From Oculina patagonica (taxonomy: Eukaryota), in the NCBI RefSeq assembly GCF_052425735.1, contig NC_135771.1, positions 3,658,001 to 3,722,000 on the forward strand: 64,000 nt of DNA, in the 5' to 3' direction. Below are positions 24,801 through 36,869 of the stretch, piece by piece. The notes beneath the pieces are model-generated. The model had not been told where the DNA came from. It saw only the letters and a program-made list of their open reading frames with translations, and searched no databases. Within the stretch, counting starts at the first letter, position 1. Each line of letters begins with the position of its first letter. The translations under genes were made by a program, and so were the position numbers.

Positions 24801-26693
24801 TGGCGGAAAAGATTCTATTTGCTTCCTTCCTTATCTCCTCTTCTTTTCGTTAGTCTTGTAGTGTTTTGGCGCCGCGGGCAACGGAATACATGGCGATAAA
24901 AAAAATATTCCGACAGCGATACTGCAACGATTTCTTTCCCCCAAATCCTGACTGTGAACCGTTTTTGCGCGCTCTCAGCCCGTATCCTCGTACAAACATC
25001 GTGTGATACTTGCACTCATTTGCCAGGTTATTTGAACGGTCACTCCTTAGCAAAATTGGATAATAAATTCTTTGTGTAATTTCAGTCGTCTTGCTTGCAA
25101 ATAATTTCATCAGTGTTCTAAGTACACTGGAAATTAATCCAAACAGGCCCTTTAAACATCCTATCAGTGTATTAGCTGAACTACAGGCGACAGTAAAATT
25201 CACATTGGCTGAAAATTCTGAGACATAAACGTATACCTGGAATTTTTGCCATTTTAGAACTAAACGAGATAAGAAACACAGGTTAAAGGTCTGTAAAACA
25301 ATTTATAAACGGTCAAACAGGATATCCCATCGGACAGATTCCATGAGGTCCGGATTCATTTCGTAGATAAGTAAAAATAAGACTAGAGTAAGCGGGCATT
25401 TTTTGCCATAAAAAGTTTATAAAATGGCAATAAAGCATAATCGAATTATGAAGGGTTCAACAGAAGTGTCAGAAAAAGTGTTTATATTCTCCAAAAAAAA
25501 AAACTTTAAAACGGACAGACATTTCCCTTAGGGACGGACTATTATTTTTTTGGAGGGGGGGGGGGATGAAAAATATTAAAAAAAAATTGTTTGCAAACAC
25601 GATATGTATAACAAAAAAATGTTTGCAGAGGTGCATAAACTAAAAAAAAAAGTTTGCAGAGGAAAATTTTTCATCCCCCCCCCCTCCAAGAAAATAATGG
25701 TCTGTTCCTTATCTAAGAGAGAGAGAGTGAGAGAGAAACTGTAGTTTTTAATAGTAGGTATTTTCAAGGGACAACGAAGGTAGAAGGGGCATTGTAAGGG
25801 CCCTTGAGTCCAGCGCAAAACTGAACTAGCTTGACTTAGCGCGTGGGTGAAAATTCTAAAACGAGCAAAAAAATATATTCGAATTCTTCCTTGTACTCGA
25901 CACGTCTTCCCATCACTAAAATGCTATAAGCTTAAAGTTAAATTTCTACTGAAATTCTAGCATAATTCTTGATGTTTTCACCGCAATGTTTTCACCAAAA
26001 TGTACTGAACAGCTCATCGGCTCACCGACTGGAAAATTTATTCCCCTAACTGATCAGAACAATCCCTGTGCGTAATCGAGCGTTGCCACTGATATTGTTT
26101 CGAGTCCATACTAATAACGGTCGGTAAAAATATCATTAATGGTTGAGAATGAACTCAACAAAGAACTATTGTAACTGTGCAGTGTACAATATAATGAGCT
26201 TAAAATAGACAAGACGATGCTAAAAACAGTTTAGCGATATTAAATCGATACCACAAAACAGGGTCACGTTCCCTTAAATATTTTTCAACAATTGTCAATT
26301 TCCCGAGTCAATTTAGGACAGCTGTTAATGGAAAATATTTAATAAATTTGAAAAGAATTTGTTATCGTTCCGTCAAACTGTCATCAAAGGTGGGCGATCA
26401 CAAAACGCCAAAAACATTCATTAAAATGCGATTTGATAAAAAAAATTCAGATCCTTGACATTTAAAACGGAAACAATGAATTCTAGTCAAAACTAATCAA
26501 CATAGTCCCAGTGAGTGGATTGGGAAAGCGTCGCTTCTGAAATTGAAGTGTTTCAAGCCTGTCTGTGATATTACTCAGCAGTTAACGGCCAAATCGAAAC
26601 TCATTTTGAGCGCTCCATCAAGCTGACCGCGCTGTCGTCACTTTAAAACTCAACAAGACGGATTTTATATCGGTTTTCTAAGCAGTCTTCTGT

Positions 26694-28250
26694 ATGTGTC
26701 CGTGTGGTTTGCGAAGGCGAAGGTCAATCGCCTCGAGATGCGGCGTTACGCTTGGTATAAAGATTTGTGTTGTTTTGAGTATTTTTATTCTGTATCACCT
26801 GCTTGATGCAGAAGACAGCCAAAGTTCACCTGGCTTTATACAAAAGAAGCTTCAATCGTTGGCGGTTTTGCTTCCTCTGGAAAACTCAAACTTTCAGAGT
26901 ACCACCATTGAAAAATACTCCTCGACATATTCCGCTAACCATGTGAAGAACTTCACTTCAACGAAAGCAACGAATAATATAAATTCAAGTGCTCGATCAA
27001 TCATCAATTATTCCGTTCATGGCGCAAAACATAACCTCAAGTTTCTTTTTGTTTTACACCATTACGAACAACTTACGAAGACTACAGAAAATTTGTTACA
27101 GCTGGCTGCGGTCGCGAAGCAAATTGGTCGTGTAATTGTGGAACCTTTTGTTCGGGATTCTAGAATGTGTGGTTTACCTTACGGATGGTCAGGACAGCTA
27201 CGCACTGAGAGCCGAAGATTTTATCCACTCTCGCTTTATTTTGATGTAGAATTTATGAATAATTTGCTCAAGAAGTCTCACTATGCACAGATGGTTAAAT
27301 TGGAAACTTTTAAACGCGAATGTCGATCAAGTGTGGCAAACACTACATTGTTACATTTTATGTACAATGATCGTTCAAAAGAAGAAATGATAAAGTGGTA
27401 TAAAATATCTTCAGCTCTATCTCAAAACATTGAGAAATGTATTAAAAATTCTGGCTGGTGTGAATGCAATTTTATCGACCGCGGTCTTAATTTTTCTGGC
27501 AGAATTGGAAATTTTCAAGCCGGAAGGCAAATTTGCATTGACGCCGAGAAAATAAAAAGCCTTCAATTATTTACAACCGAAATTCTTAAAGAAGATAAAT
27601 GTGTAGCCATAATTCATTGGCGAGGCCTCGGCAGGGACAGAAGCCATTTCAAACCGGAAGTGGATGTGAACAGCCGGAAGTTAGTATATTCGTTGTTGTC
27701 GAGTGAACGCGTTATTTCAAGGGCGAAAATGATCGCAGATTCTATTGGCCAGGAATACATTTCCATCCATATTCGCTCTGAGAGACAAATTCAGTGGTAT
27801 GGTTTTGAAAGATTGTCACTATGTCTGAAAACCCTGGTGGAAAAAGTTGCAACGCTCAAGGAAAAGTACAAAATCAAGAAAGTTTTCCTTTCTTCGGATT
27901 TTACTCGTTTCGGCTCGGACACACTACGTTCGTTCACAGCACAGAATATTACACTGACCAACAAATTAAAACAAATACAAAGGTTTTTAGCAAAAAGTTT
28001 AAAACCTATAACGTACAATCCGAAATCAGATGATCCGCTAACAATGGACAGCGGTGTTGTGGCACTTACAGAAATGAATGTTCTTATAGGGGGGTCACAC
28101 CTTTTGACCATTGGCTCTGGCACATTTCAACAGTGGATTGTTGATGCGTTTATAGAGAGGAAATCAATTATTAACAAGGATAACTTCTGGACAGTCACAA
28201 GGATTTGCCACAAGGATGAAGACAAGATGAATAACTACCACCCTAGCTAG
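26694..28250 (+). CDS. O-fucosyltransferase-like (GT-B, POFUT/PF10250-like) type II membrane glycosyltransferase, paralogue 1
   Basis: 518 aa with an N-terminal TM helix. GDP-fucose-binding-type motifs: YISIHIRSE (HxR), VFLSSD, and E..vL..GSGTF..WI. Confidence 0.75.
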   Translation: MCPCGLRRRRSIASRCGVTLGIKICVVLSIFILYHLLDAEDSQSSPGFIQKKLQSLAVLLPLENSNFQSTTIEKYSSTYSANHVKNFTSTKATNNINSSARSIINYSVHGAKHNLKFLFVLHHYEQLTKTTENLLQLAAVAKQIGRVIVEPFVRDSRMCGLPYGWSGQLRTESRRFYPLSLYFDVEFMNNLLKKSHYAQMVKLETFKRECRSSVANTTLLHFMYNDRSKEEMIKWYKISSALSQNIEKCIKNSGWCECNFIDRGLNFSGRIGNFQAGRQICIDAEKIKSLQLFTTEILKEDKCVAIIHWRGLGRDRSHFKPEVDVNSRKLVYSLLSSERVISRAKMIADSIGQEYISIHIRSERQIQWYGFERLSLCLKTLVEKVATLKEKYKIKKVFLSSDFTRFGSDTLRSFTAQNITLTNKLKQIQRFLAKSLKPITYNPKSDDPLTMDSGVVALTEMNVLIGGSHLLTIGSGTFQQWIVDAFIERKSIINKDNFWTVTRICHKDEDKMNNYHPS

Positions 28251-28276
28251 CTGATTGTTTATTACTGGCATAATTT

Positions 28277-28723
28277 CCCGAGGGGGGGGGGGGGCACCCT
28301 GTATATTTTTGGATGGGGGTGTGCCGCTGGGACTACGAAACCCTTACCCTATACCAGACCATCTTCAGCTGGTTTTGCGACCCTATACAAGACTAGATAC
28401 CAAAAATCCCTACCCTATCCCAGACTTGCTTCTTTTTAGAACTGCATCACTATAAGTGTTTTTAATGAAAAACCATCTGCAAACAGCGTTGTCAAAATGA
28501 TTTTATTCACGTCCAGGCAAGCCTCTTTCTCTTCCGAGTTTCTATTCCTATTCTGGACTTTATTCTTCATACCACTGATCAGTTTCTCGGCAAATGATAC
28601 CTTATTCTAGACCAAAACTCTCTGATTTCTATACCCTATCCCAGACTAAACTGCTTGAAAACCATACCCTTCACAGCGGCACATACCTCTATAGCTCATA
28701 TATGGGAGTGCCCCCCCCCCCCG
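28277..28723. mobile_element. CCC(G)nTAC-terminated TIR element family (also ~16504-16771, 45904-46575, 52111-52439, 56307-56749)
   Basis: CCCG(G)n...GAGTRC(C)nGG termini with ATACCCT subterminal repeats. Confidence 0.7.
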
Positions 28724-29225
28724 GCATAATTTATTGCATAAATGGTAGCAGTATAATTTATTTCAATTCCTTGTCCAGGTTTAAGTAGCTGGAAAGAGGG
28801 GTAGTTGGATTGTGAGGAAAGACGTTTTCTTCCATCTTATTGCCAAATAACTAGCAAGAAGCAAGTGAACAGCAACTTCAACTCACTCTTTGAAACTTGG
28901 GGCACACCCCAAACAAGTGCACCAAGCTTGTTTGTTACAAAATTATGATAACAACTCTGAAAAACATCTTGCAAACAAAATAAAAGTATAGGCAAGAAAC
29001 AACAACAAAAATAGTGGAACAGCCCAGAATGTATGGAGACAACACATGTATTGGCTCAAGTAAATAAACTTTGTAGAGGCTATTTTGGGAACCCTGTCCC
29101 AAACTCTCAATTTGCCTAAGAGTCTAGCTAAATAACTAAGGCAATTTGGCAATAAATTGATCAATATTTCGCTTACTTATTTGCACTTTTCCTTAGTAGC
29201 TTCTTATTCTTTTGGCCATAATGCT

Positions 29226-29412
29226 GTAATGTAATGTAATGTAATGTAAACGTTAATAGTCAGCTCCCCACAGGGCTTTTCAGTAACTATTTTACAATAC
29301 CTACTCTTTGCGATGAGAGGGTGGGTTCTTTAACGTCCCCTGCTAATTAATAACACTGAAGATGCAGGAGACGGGCCTACGGATTATCGTCCTTATCCGA
29401 GAAGACTAGAAT

Positions 29413-29449
<37 letters not shown>

Positions 29450-29450
29450 A

Positions 29451-29491
<41 letters not shown>

Positions 29492-29560
29492 TGGGAGTCG
29501 AACCCACGACCTCCTGCACGACAGTCCGGCGCTCTACCACTGAGCTAACCGGTCGGCGGT
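29226..29560 (-). mobile_element. tRNA-derived SINE (Deu/Nin-domain-like) with (TTACA)n tail
   Basis: On the minus strand: A box TAGCTCAGTGG, B box GGTTCGACTCC, GGGACGTTAAAGAACCC and a (TTACA)n tail. It is absent from the duplicated copy near 37030. Confidence 0.85.
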
Positions 29561-31284
29561 TAGCTCAGTGGTAAGCACCTATTGTTAGGAAATTGAAGGT
29601 TTTTTCGAATAGCTACATACAAAGGACATGTTAATATTGACAGCCAGAGGAATATTTATTTAAAATATAATTTATAAATAACAAATTAACATCAGAGGAC
29701 TGGAGACACAAAGTTAATTATGAAAAAAGTAACATCTCCATAAATTATAATCATATAAGGTATTTTTTCTAACTACATAAGACTTTGCTGAAGTGTTTTT
29801 GAAAAGTCAATAAGTTATGTTCTGTTATGTTATGTAATAAGCAAAATTTTATGACTCTAAAGTAGTAACACCCTGGGTGCCAGAGGTTTTTCTTGCGCGG
29901 TTTCCAGTGTTGGTCATGTGGCAACGGCCTTCGGCTGCCCACCGCGCACGAGTACCCAGGATACCCAGGGTTATGTAGCAACTGAAATAAATGGAAATTT
30001 TTAATTTTTTTCTTCATATTTCACTAGTATATTAACATACCGGTATATATTCCTTTATTCCATTTTCTACAACACCTCATCATTGTGGGAGGCATGGTCA
30101 GCATGCTGGATCTTGGATTGTCGTGAGCTGTCTTGGTTTAAGGCCAGGGTCATTGTGTTCTGTCATGAGGCATGAACCAGTACCAGCAAATTGTGACGAC
30201 ATTTAAAAAAAAATTGGAGGAGGCAAGAGGGGAAGCCTGCTGCTGGACTAATATCGAATCTAGGGGGAGAGGATGGTGGTAAATATTCTCTTTGTCACTT
30301 CATTCCAAGTGCTTCCTATAACTTACGCCACATCATTACCATTGTTATAACTGAAGTGGTTCCCTTCTCCATTTGAAAGTACACAATTCCTTATCCCATT
30401 GGGATGCAGCAACAAAGTTAACCATTTACTCTTCTCCTTGTTATATTGGTATGTGCAGCCCTAACTATTTTTTTTTTTTTTTTTTTGGGAAAGGTATGGT
30501 TGTGAGCCATTTTAGTCTGACATAGGATCATATCCAGGTATATGGGATCAGGGATCACAGCCTCGGGATCAGGATCATGGACCAGGGATCTCGGGTCACA
30601 AGTTATAGCATGTCATGGGATCCGGATGGGCCAATGAGATGAAATCAGAATGGAATCAGGGATCAAATGTTGGCACATTTTGGGGATCAGGAATCAAAAT
30701 TTAGAGCTAAAATTTGGGATCAATGAAAAAATATACCTGGTTACGACCCTGATAGGGCGGGTATAGATTTTGAGCAGTTTGGAAAATTTTGGTCAACGTC
30801 TGGAGGTTGTCCTAAAATTCCGGAAAGTCGGAATTCTCGGAAAATCCCGTTCCATTCGCCAATTTCTGCTCGGGCCCAGTTTCTCCCAACCCGGAAATCG
30901 ACAAAATTCAACATGACGCATTCCAGCTGCTCAACATTATTAGTGCTCGTCTTGTCTTCTTGCGGCAGATACCTTAACTGCGTTATTGGAACATGCCTGT
31001 TTATAAATGTTATTTGAAGCGCCAAACTCACCATTCAGCCATATGATGCATTGACCTGAAAGGGAAACAGCAGCGTTCACGACTCTGCGCGGAAGACCCT
31101 CAAATCGATCAGCCACGGCCCGTGCCGCAAATGCATCCTGTTCACGACAAAAACTTCGTGAATTTCCCACTGCTCTCCTTAAGCTACCACACGGAGCTCT
31201 TTACAGATTTACATGTATCTCAGAGCTACAACCTTGAAATTTTTGTTCGTTTAGCTAAAAAAGCGAAAGGCGAGACAACTTTTT

Positions 31285-31400
31285 CGGTCCGCCATTGAAG
31301 AGAAACCAGCCGCAAGATCCCGGCGGGTCCCCCCTGCGTAAGATCACGTGAATACCTCGCAACACGTCATTGGCTCACGAAATTCTGGCGTCAACTTTGA
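31285..31400 (+). promoter_or_regulatory. Conserved promoter block, copy A
   Basis: CCGCCAT, TCACGTGA (31344-31351), ACACGTCA, ATTGGCTCACG and TGGCGTCA. It is near-identical to 38718-38835 and is followed by a GTGAGT donor. Confidence 0.65.
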
Positions 31401-32030
31401 AAAAAAAGTTTTTAAAAACACAAAATTTAGTGCAGAAAAAAAATACTAAAGTGAGTTTATTAACTTCATTATCTGTTTTGCGGGTTACAGGTCTCTACAG
31501 ATATATAGGTCAGATAGGAAAGTGAAGACTTTCTTACTCTCTTTTTTATGAAACTTTTTCCTCCTCTTCAACCAGAAAGGTCCACAAAGAGCTCAGTGAA
31601 TTTATCAACTCTACAAGGACTGTAAAAAAGCACTTCGCTAGCTTACTTCTTGAAATTTAGCTTATACTTAAAGTCTTACATTCTTCAGTTATAAGTACGA
31701 GTTTAAAAACATATGTGCTGTCTTGATTCAGGTTTCTATAAACTACTGTCTCTACGTTTTTATATTTTTTAATTTGCTTCATTGGAATGATCAGTTGTAC
31801 TGAGTTTCATACGTAGACTTAAAATTACAACTACCTTGTACAGCATGCCTTCGGCGCTCGAAGAGTTCAATTCACGTTGCCCCCGAATAGAGAAAAAGAG
31901 CGCGAAGAACGCGCCGAGCCAGTTCCGCCGCCGCTTTGCTCGCGCGCGCGATTTCTCGCTCTCCCTGACTGACTAGAACGCCAAGCTACGCTGGTTACTA
32001 TACAATCAGAACTTTTTTGAATTTAGATAG

Positions 32031-33343
32031 CACGCGAGCGATGACACGCGTGCCATAACACGCGTGCCATGACACGCGTGCCATAACACGCGTGCGATGA
32101 CACGCGTGCCATGACACGCGTGCGATGACACGCGTGCGATGACACGCGTGCCATAACACGCGTGCGATGACACGCGTGCCATGACACGCGTGCCATAACA
32201 CGCGTGCCATAACACGCGTGCGATGACACGCGTGCCATAACACGCGTGCCATGACACGCGTGCGATGACACGCGTGCGATGGCACGCGTGCGATGACACG
32301 CGTGCCATGACATGCGTGCGATGACACGCGTGCCATTACACGCGTGCCATGACACGCGTGCCATAACACGCGTGCCATGACACGCGTGCGATGACACGCG
32401 TGCGATGGCACGCGTGCGATGGCACGCGTGCGATGACGCGCGTGCCATGACATGCGTGCGATGACACGCGTGCCATGACACGCGTGCCATGTCACGCGTG
32501 CCATAACACGCGTGCGATGACACGCATGCGATGACACGCGTGCCATGACACGCGTGCCATGACACGCGTGCCATAACACGCATGTGATGACACGCATGCG
32601 ATGGCACGCGTGCCATGACACGCGTGCGATGACACGCGTGCCATGACACTCGTGCCATAACACGCGTGCCATAACACGCGTGCCATGACACGCGTGCGAT
32701 GACACGCGTGCGATGACACACGTGCCATGACACGCGTGCCATGTCACGCGTGCCATAACACGCGTGCCATGACACGCGTGCCATAACACGCGTGCGATGA
32801 CAATGACACGCATGCGATGACACGTGTGCCATGACACGCGTGCCATAACACGCGTGCCATAACACGCATGTGATGACACGCGTGCGATGACACGCGTGCC
32901 ATAACACGCATGTGATGACACGCGTGCCATGACACGCGTGCCATAAGACGCGTGCGATGACACGCATGCGATGGCACGCGTGCCATGACACGCGTGCGAT
33001 GACACGCGTGCGATGACACGCGTGCCATAACACGCGTGCCATGACACGCGTGCCATAACATGCATGTGATGACACGCATGCGATGGCACGCGTGCCATGA
33101 CACGCGTGCGATGACACGCGTGCCATGACACTCGTGCCATGACAAGCGTGCCATGACACGCGTGCGATGACACGCGTGCGATGACACGCGTGCCATAACA
33201 CGCGTGCGATGACACGCATGCCGTGACACGCGTGCGATGACACGCGTGCCATATCACGCGTACGATGACACGCGTACCATGACACGCGTGCCATGACATG
33301 CGTGCCATGACACGCGTGTAATGACACGCGTGCCATGACACGA
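32031..33343. repeat. Tandem array of the 14-bp unit ATGACACGCGTGC[C/G], ~94 copies
   Basis: Seen directly. Palindromic core CACGCGTG, with variants ATAAC, CACGCATG and CATGCGTG. Confidence 0.98.
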
Positions 33344-33984
33344 GGAAATGTATCCCATAAAATGAAGGGTTCTTATATCTTATAGCTTTTGAGGTCGGTC
33401 TCGAGGCGACCGGGATTTCGATGTAGGATATGGAGTGATCGCGTGAGGATTTCGTTACTTTATTAACGAAATTTAAAAATTTGCGAAGACTTTCTGTCAC
33501 TTTCTCGGCCCTGCAGCCAAGTCAATTAAACTTACAAAGCCAAAGTCAAGGAAGCCATTTGAAAGAAAATTTAAAGGCCTGAAACATACTGCTGATAACA
33601 GATCACTGACGTTCGAGAATTTTGTTAGTTTTAATTAAACCTGAACATGTTCCCTGATTCGTTTGTTCTGTTCGTTTTACTTATAAAAAACAAGTCGCTT
33701 TTGTGTTAGTTTTAGTGTTTAAATCCGATTTCACAACTCAAGAGCTAATGGGAAGATTGAAGTTGAATCCGTGGCGATCTGCAATAAACAGAATTCGAGT
33801 TATCAGCTAGTTATCGGGGTAGTTCACCGGAATTGCACTGCAGTACCTTGCATACTTATAACACGACCCCACAAGCGAAAGTTTTAATTGGCTTTGTATT
33901 GTATTGCAGCAGCTAGTTGGCCAAACAAGGAACACTAAAAACGTTGCTGTACAGTGTGCGAGGAAAACGTCTGAAGTAGCAGTC

Positions 33985-34540
33985 CAGACTGGGCATAAAT
34001 AGATTGTGCTCGACAACTTTTGAGCAACTTTTAGCGTTTTGAGCAACTTTTTGTAGTACTAGAAACCTACGGCAACTCTTGCCTTCCTTGGCAACTTTTG
34101 AGCAACAAATTAATATATATAAGAATCCAAACCATAAAAAGTCGTTTTATTTCGAAGGATTTTATTAAAACTGGTTTTATCAGAACTGATTTTATTAAAA
34201 CTAAGGATATACAATAAAATGACAATAAAATAACACTTGCTTTACGCCCATGAAATCAGGACAGCGGCTATCTATCTAACGGGAGCTTAAATTCATATAA
34301 CAAAATTTCATATAACAATGGCTTTCTGGCCTCTTTTAATGATTGTAAGAATATTTAATGAAAATGTTTAAATGGCAACAAACAAACAAACAAACATGTT
34401 TTGAGTATTTATCTAAAACAAAACGCCTCTGGAGTGCAAGCAACTTTTCTAAATTTTGGTGGCAACTTGTTGATATTTGAGCAACTTTAGAGCAACTTTT
34501 GGGTATATTGTGGAGCAACTTTTCCTGCATTTACTAGCAC
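33985..34540. mobile_element. Non-autonomous element with GAGCAACTTT subterminal repeats
   Basis: Clusters of (GA)GCAACTTT. Related fragments occur at ~53300-53440, ~60060-60300 and ~61800-61990. Confidence 0.55.
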
Positions 34541-34584
34541 AATCTATTCATGCCTATTCCAGACGAGTAATCCTGATTCTTATA

Positions 34585-35614
34585 CCTGAAAGCATTGAGG
34601 ACCTAAAAGCACAAGTTAAATCCCTTGCAAAGTTAGGCCATCCAATAAAATGTTTCGTTTCCCATCGCCCCGTATCTTGTGATGGTGTGTCGGTCGGTCG
34701 GGCAAAAAAAAATAAACAAAAAGAATGAACACTTCCAAAGTCAACTCGAAAACGTGGTCTTTTCGTTCGTTATAAAAGATGTATGGGTTCATTTAAGAAG
34801 CCTGCAGGAGATGCAGAACCGAAAGATTTTGTTTTAGTCGATCTTGCTGAGAATGTTGGAACAATCGTTATACCCTTGGAACGAAACAGCCTTTAAAAAA
34901 CTTAGTATCGATGTTAATTAATTAAAGACAAAGTCATCGCATCATACCAATTGTTGTTAATAAAACAAGATCGTGTGCTTGTAAATTAAAGAACTTGCTT
35001 CTTTGACTAGTGAATCTGGAATTTTTATATATATATATATATATTTCGAAAAAAAAATGGGTCGGTCGGACGATGGGAAACGAAACATTTTATTGGGATG
35101 GCCTTTAATAGTATCAGAACTTAAAGGCGAGCTGAAAGCGAGAGAAAAGGGATAGGCAAGCAGGGACTCGCCGAATGTCGCAGAAACTGACGTCCATCAA
35201 GCCATCCCTGCTATGCCTCTTATTACACCACCGATGGACGGCTGCCATCAAAGTTCTTTCTCCGAGGAAGCAGGCGAATCTCTAACAGCAAGCCTCGATC
35301 CTAAACTAACCGAGGAGCAAAAACGTTTGGTTGAATCCATAATCGCCATGGGAAAGGATATGGCAACCTCTGCCATAACGTGTATTGATATTATATTTAC
35401 AGAAGAAGAGCTGGCCTATAGTAACACGACAGGAGCTAACGGCTACAAAAAACTGGACAGTCTGAAACTAAATTTTCTCGAGTCATTGCTCCGCCAAAAG
35501 TTTGGCACACGTGAATTCACGAAACAATGGATTGAAATTAAAGCTAAAATTAACACTCGGTGCAGGGGAAAAAAAAGAACGGTAACCCGCAGACTACAAA
35601 AAGCAGGGCTGTAG
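34585..35614 (+). pseudogene. Coiled-coil + BEN-domain protein gene, disrupted by a MITE and a TAG
   Basis: 35213-35614 encodes IDIIFTEEELAYSNTTG..YKKLDSLKLNFL...W.EIKAKINTRCR, a BEN-domain signature. Removing MITE 34636-35103 joins ESIEDLKAQVKSLAKL to IVSELKGELKAREKG, and an in-frame TAG lies at 35153. Confidence 0.75.
34636..35103. mobile_element. MITE inserted at a TTAA-like site
   Basis: GGCCATCCAATAAAATGTTTCGTTTCCCATCG ... CGATGGGAAACGAAACATTTTATTGGGATGGCC. Confidence 0.9.
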
Positions 35615-36333
35615 CCATGCAGACTTTTAGCATAGACGATGCAAGATCTTGCTAGGGTGGTCTAAGGCATGCCCCCAGAAAATTTTAGAAAGTCAGTCTA
35701 GAAGCTTTGAACCCGCGTTTTCAGTCAACAGTTTTCATAAGTTATTTCTTAAAAAAAAATCTTTCTCAACTGGAAGATATTTTGCCAACTAAAAGTATTC
35801 CGTTTTAAATTCTGTGATAAAATCTAGACGAGGCAATTGCTTCGTCTTGCCTCTTGCTAGTAACGGCCCTTTAAAGAAACGAATCTATAATCACTAAGAA
35901 AATGAATACCGTATTTACTCGAATAAGCGCCCCGGCGCTTATCAAATTTTTCGCGCCTCAAGAAGCCAGGGAGCTCCAGCTCCAGCAAGGGGGGTCATAA
36001 TCCCACAATTATATCCAATCTCTAGATGTAATAACTGTTTATTTCCCTTCTTCTTTGCTTTGCCCCTCGTTTCAGGGCCGTAACCAGACCTTTGCCATAG
36101 ACGAGGCAAGATCTTGCTAGGAGGTTCAAGGGGGAATGCCCCCCAGAAAATTTTGAAATCTGGAAGCTCTGAAACTCTTTCAGATACATTTTTGATGACG
36201 TGTTTTTTTAGGAAAACTCTATCGTGTTTAACTGGAGATTATTTTCCCAACAAAACATATGTTGTTTTTAAATTTTGGACAAAAAATCAAACGAGGCAAG
36301 AGTCTCGTCTTGCCTCTTGCTAGTTACGGTCCT
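35604..36333. mobile_element. Two copies of a hAT-like MITE (CAGGGC.GTA...TAC/AACGG.CCT)
   Basis: ~35604-35870 and ~36073-36334 share ATAGACGA.GCAAGATCTTGCTAGG and CTTGCCTCTTGCTAGT. Confidence 0.75.
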
Positions 36334-36869
36334 GCCCGTTGTAATTGTGTTTGTTAGTAGTAGTGAAAGTTGTGAGGGCGTCGTAATTTAAATAGCATAA
36401 TACTGTAATTAGAGCAATATAAATACTGTTCATACTATAATAATGTTAATCCGTTAATATAACTATTGTAAACACTGTTATTAGAGCAAAGCGTTGTAAG
36501 TACTGTTAACTGTGTACTGTTGTAATCGTACTGTAAGTATTGCATCTCAAACGTGTCCAAGGAGCCAATGAAAGAGGTCATTATTTGATACGGTTTTTAT
36601 CACCTAGTTGCTATAGTAATAATGTCTTAAAGATGGTTTGGGGCTCAATTCCAGATATTAGAACAAATACATGAGTCGATGGGGCAAAGAGCAAAGCACT
36701 TCATCCCGATCCCGTGATTAAAATTCTGGAATTCTTTAACTGACTGTGACATAATAAGGCTATAAAATTTGTGACAATATGTCTATGTACTCCTGTGTTT
36801 AGATCACCTAAAAGGAAATCAAAATCAAGGTCTCAAGGAGAGAGAGAGAGAGAGAGGAACAGGAAATCA

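Larger units (their letters stand above)
29060..31790 (+). repeat. Local segmental duplication, copy A (spacer + promoter + 5' non-coding exons)
   Basis: Collinear similarity to 36870-39200, e.g. CAAACTCTCA.TTTGCC.AAGAGTCTA, GAATAGCTACATACAAAGGACAT, the promoter block and CAAAGAGCTCAGTGAATTT. Confidence 0.85.

Noticed and set aside
32031-33343. CRISPR-like array
   Set aside because: There are no unique spacers or cas genes and the context is eukaryotic; it is a simple tandem repeat.
31998-33500. 500-aa and 437-aa His/Cys/Arg-rich ORFs on the minus strand
   Set aside because: They arise from a stop-free 14-bp repeat that gives the same peptide in every frame. There is no codon-level constraint or gene context.
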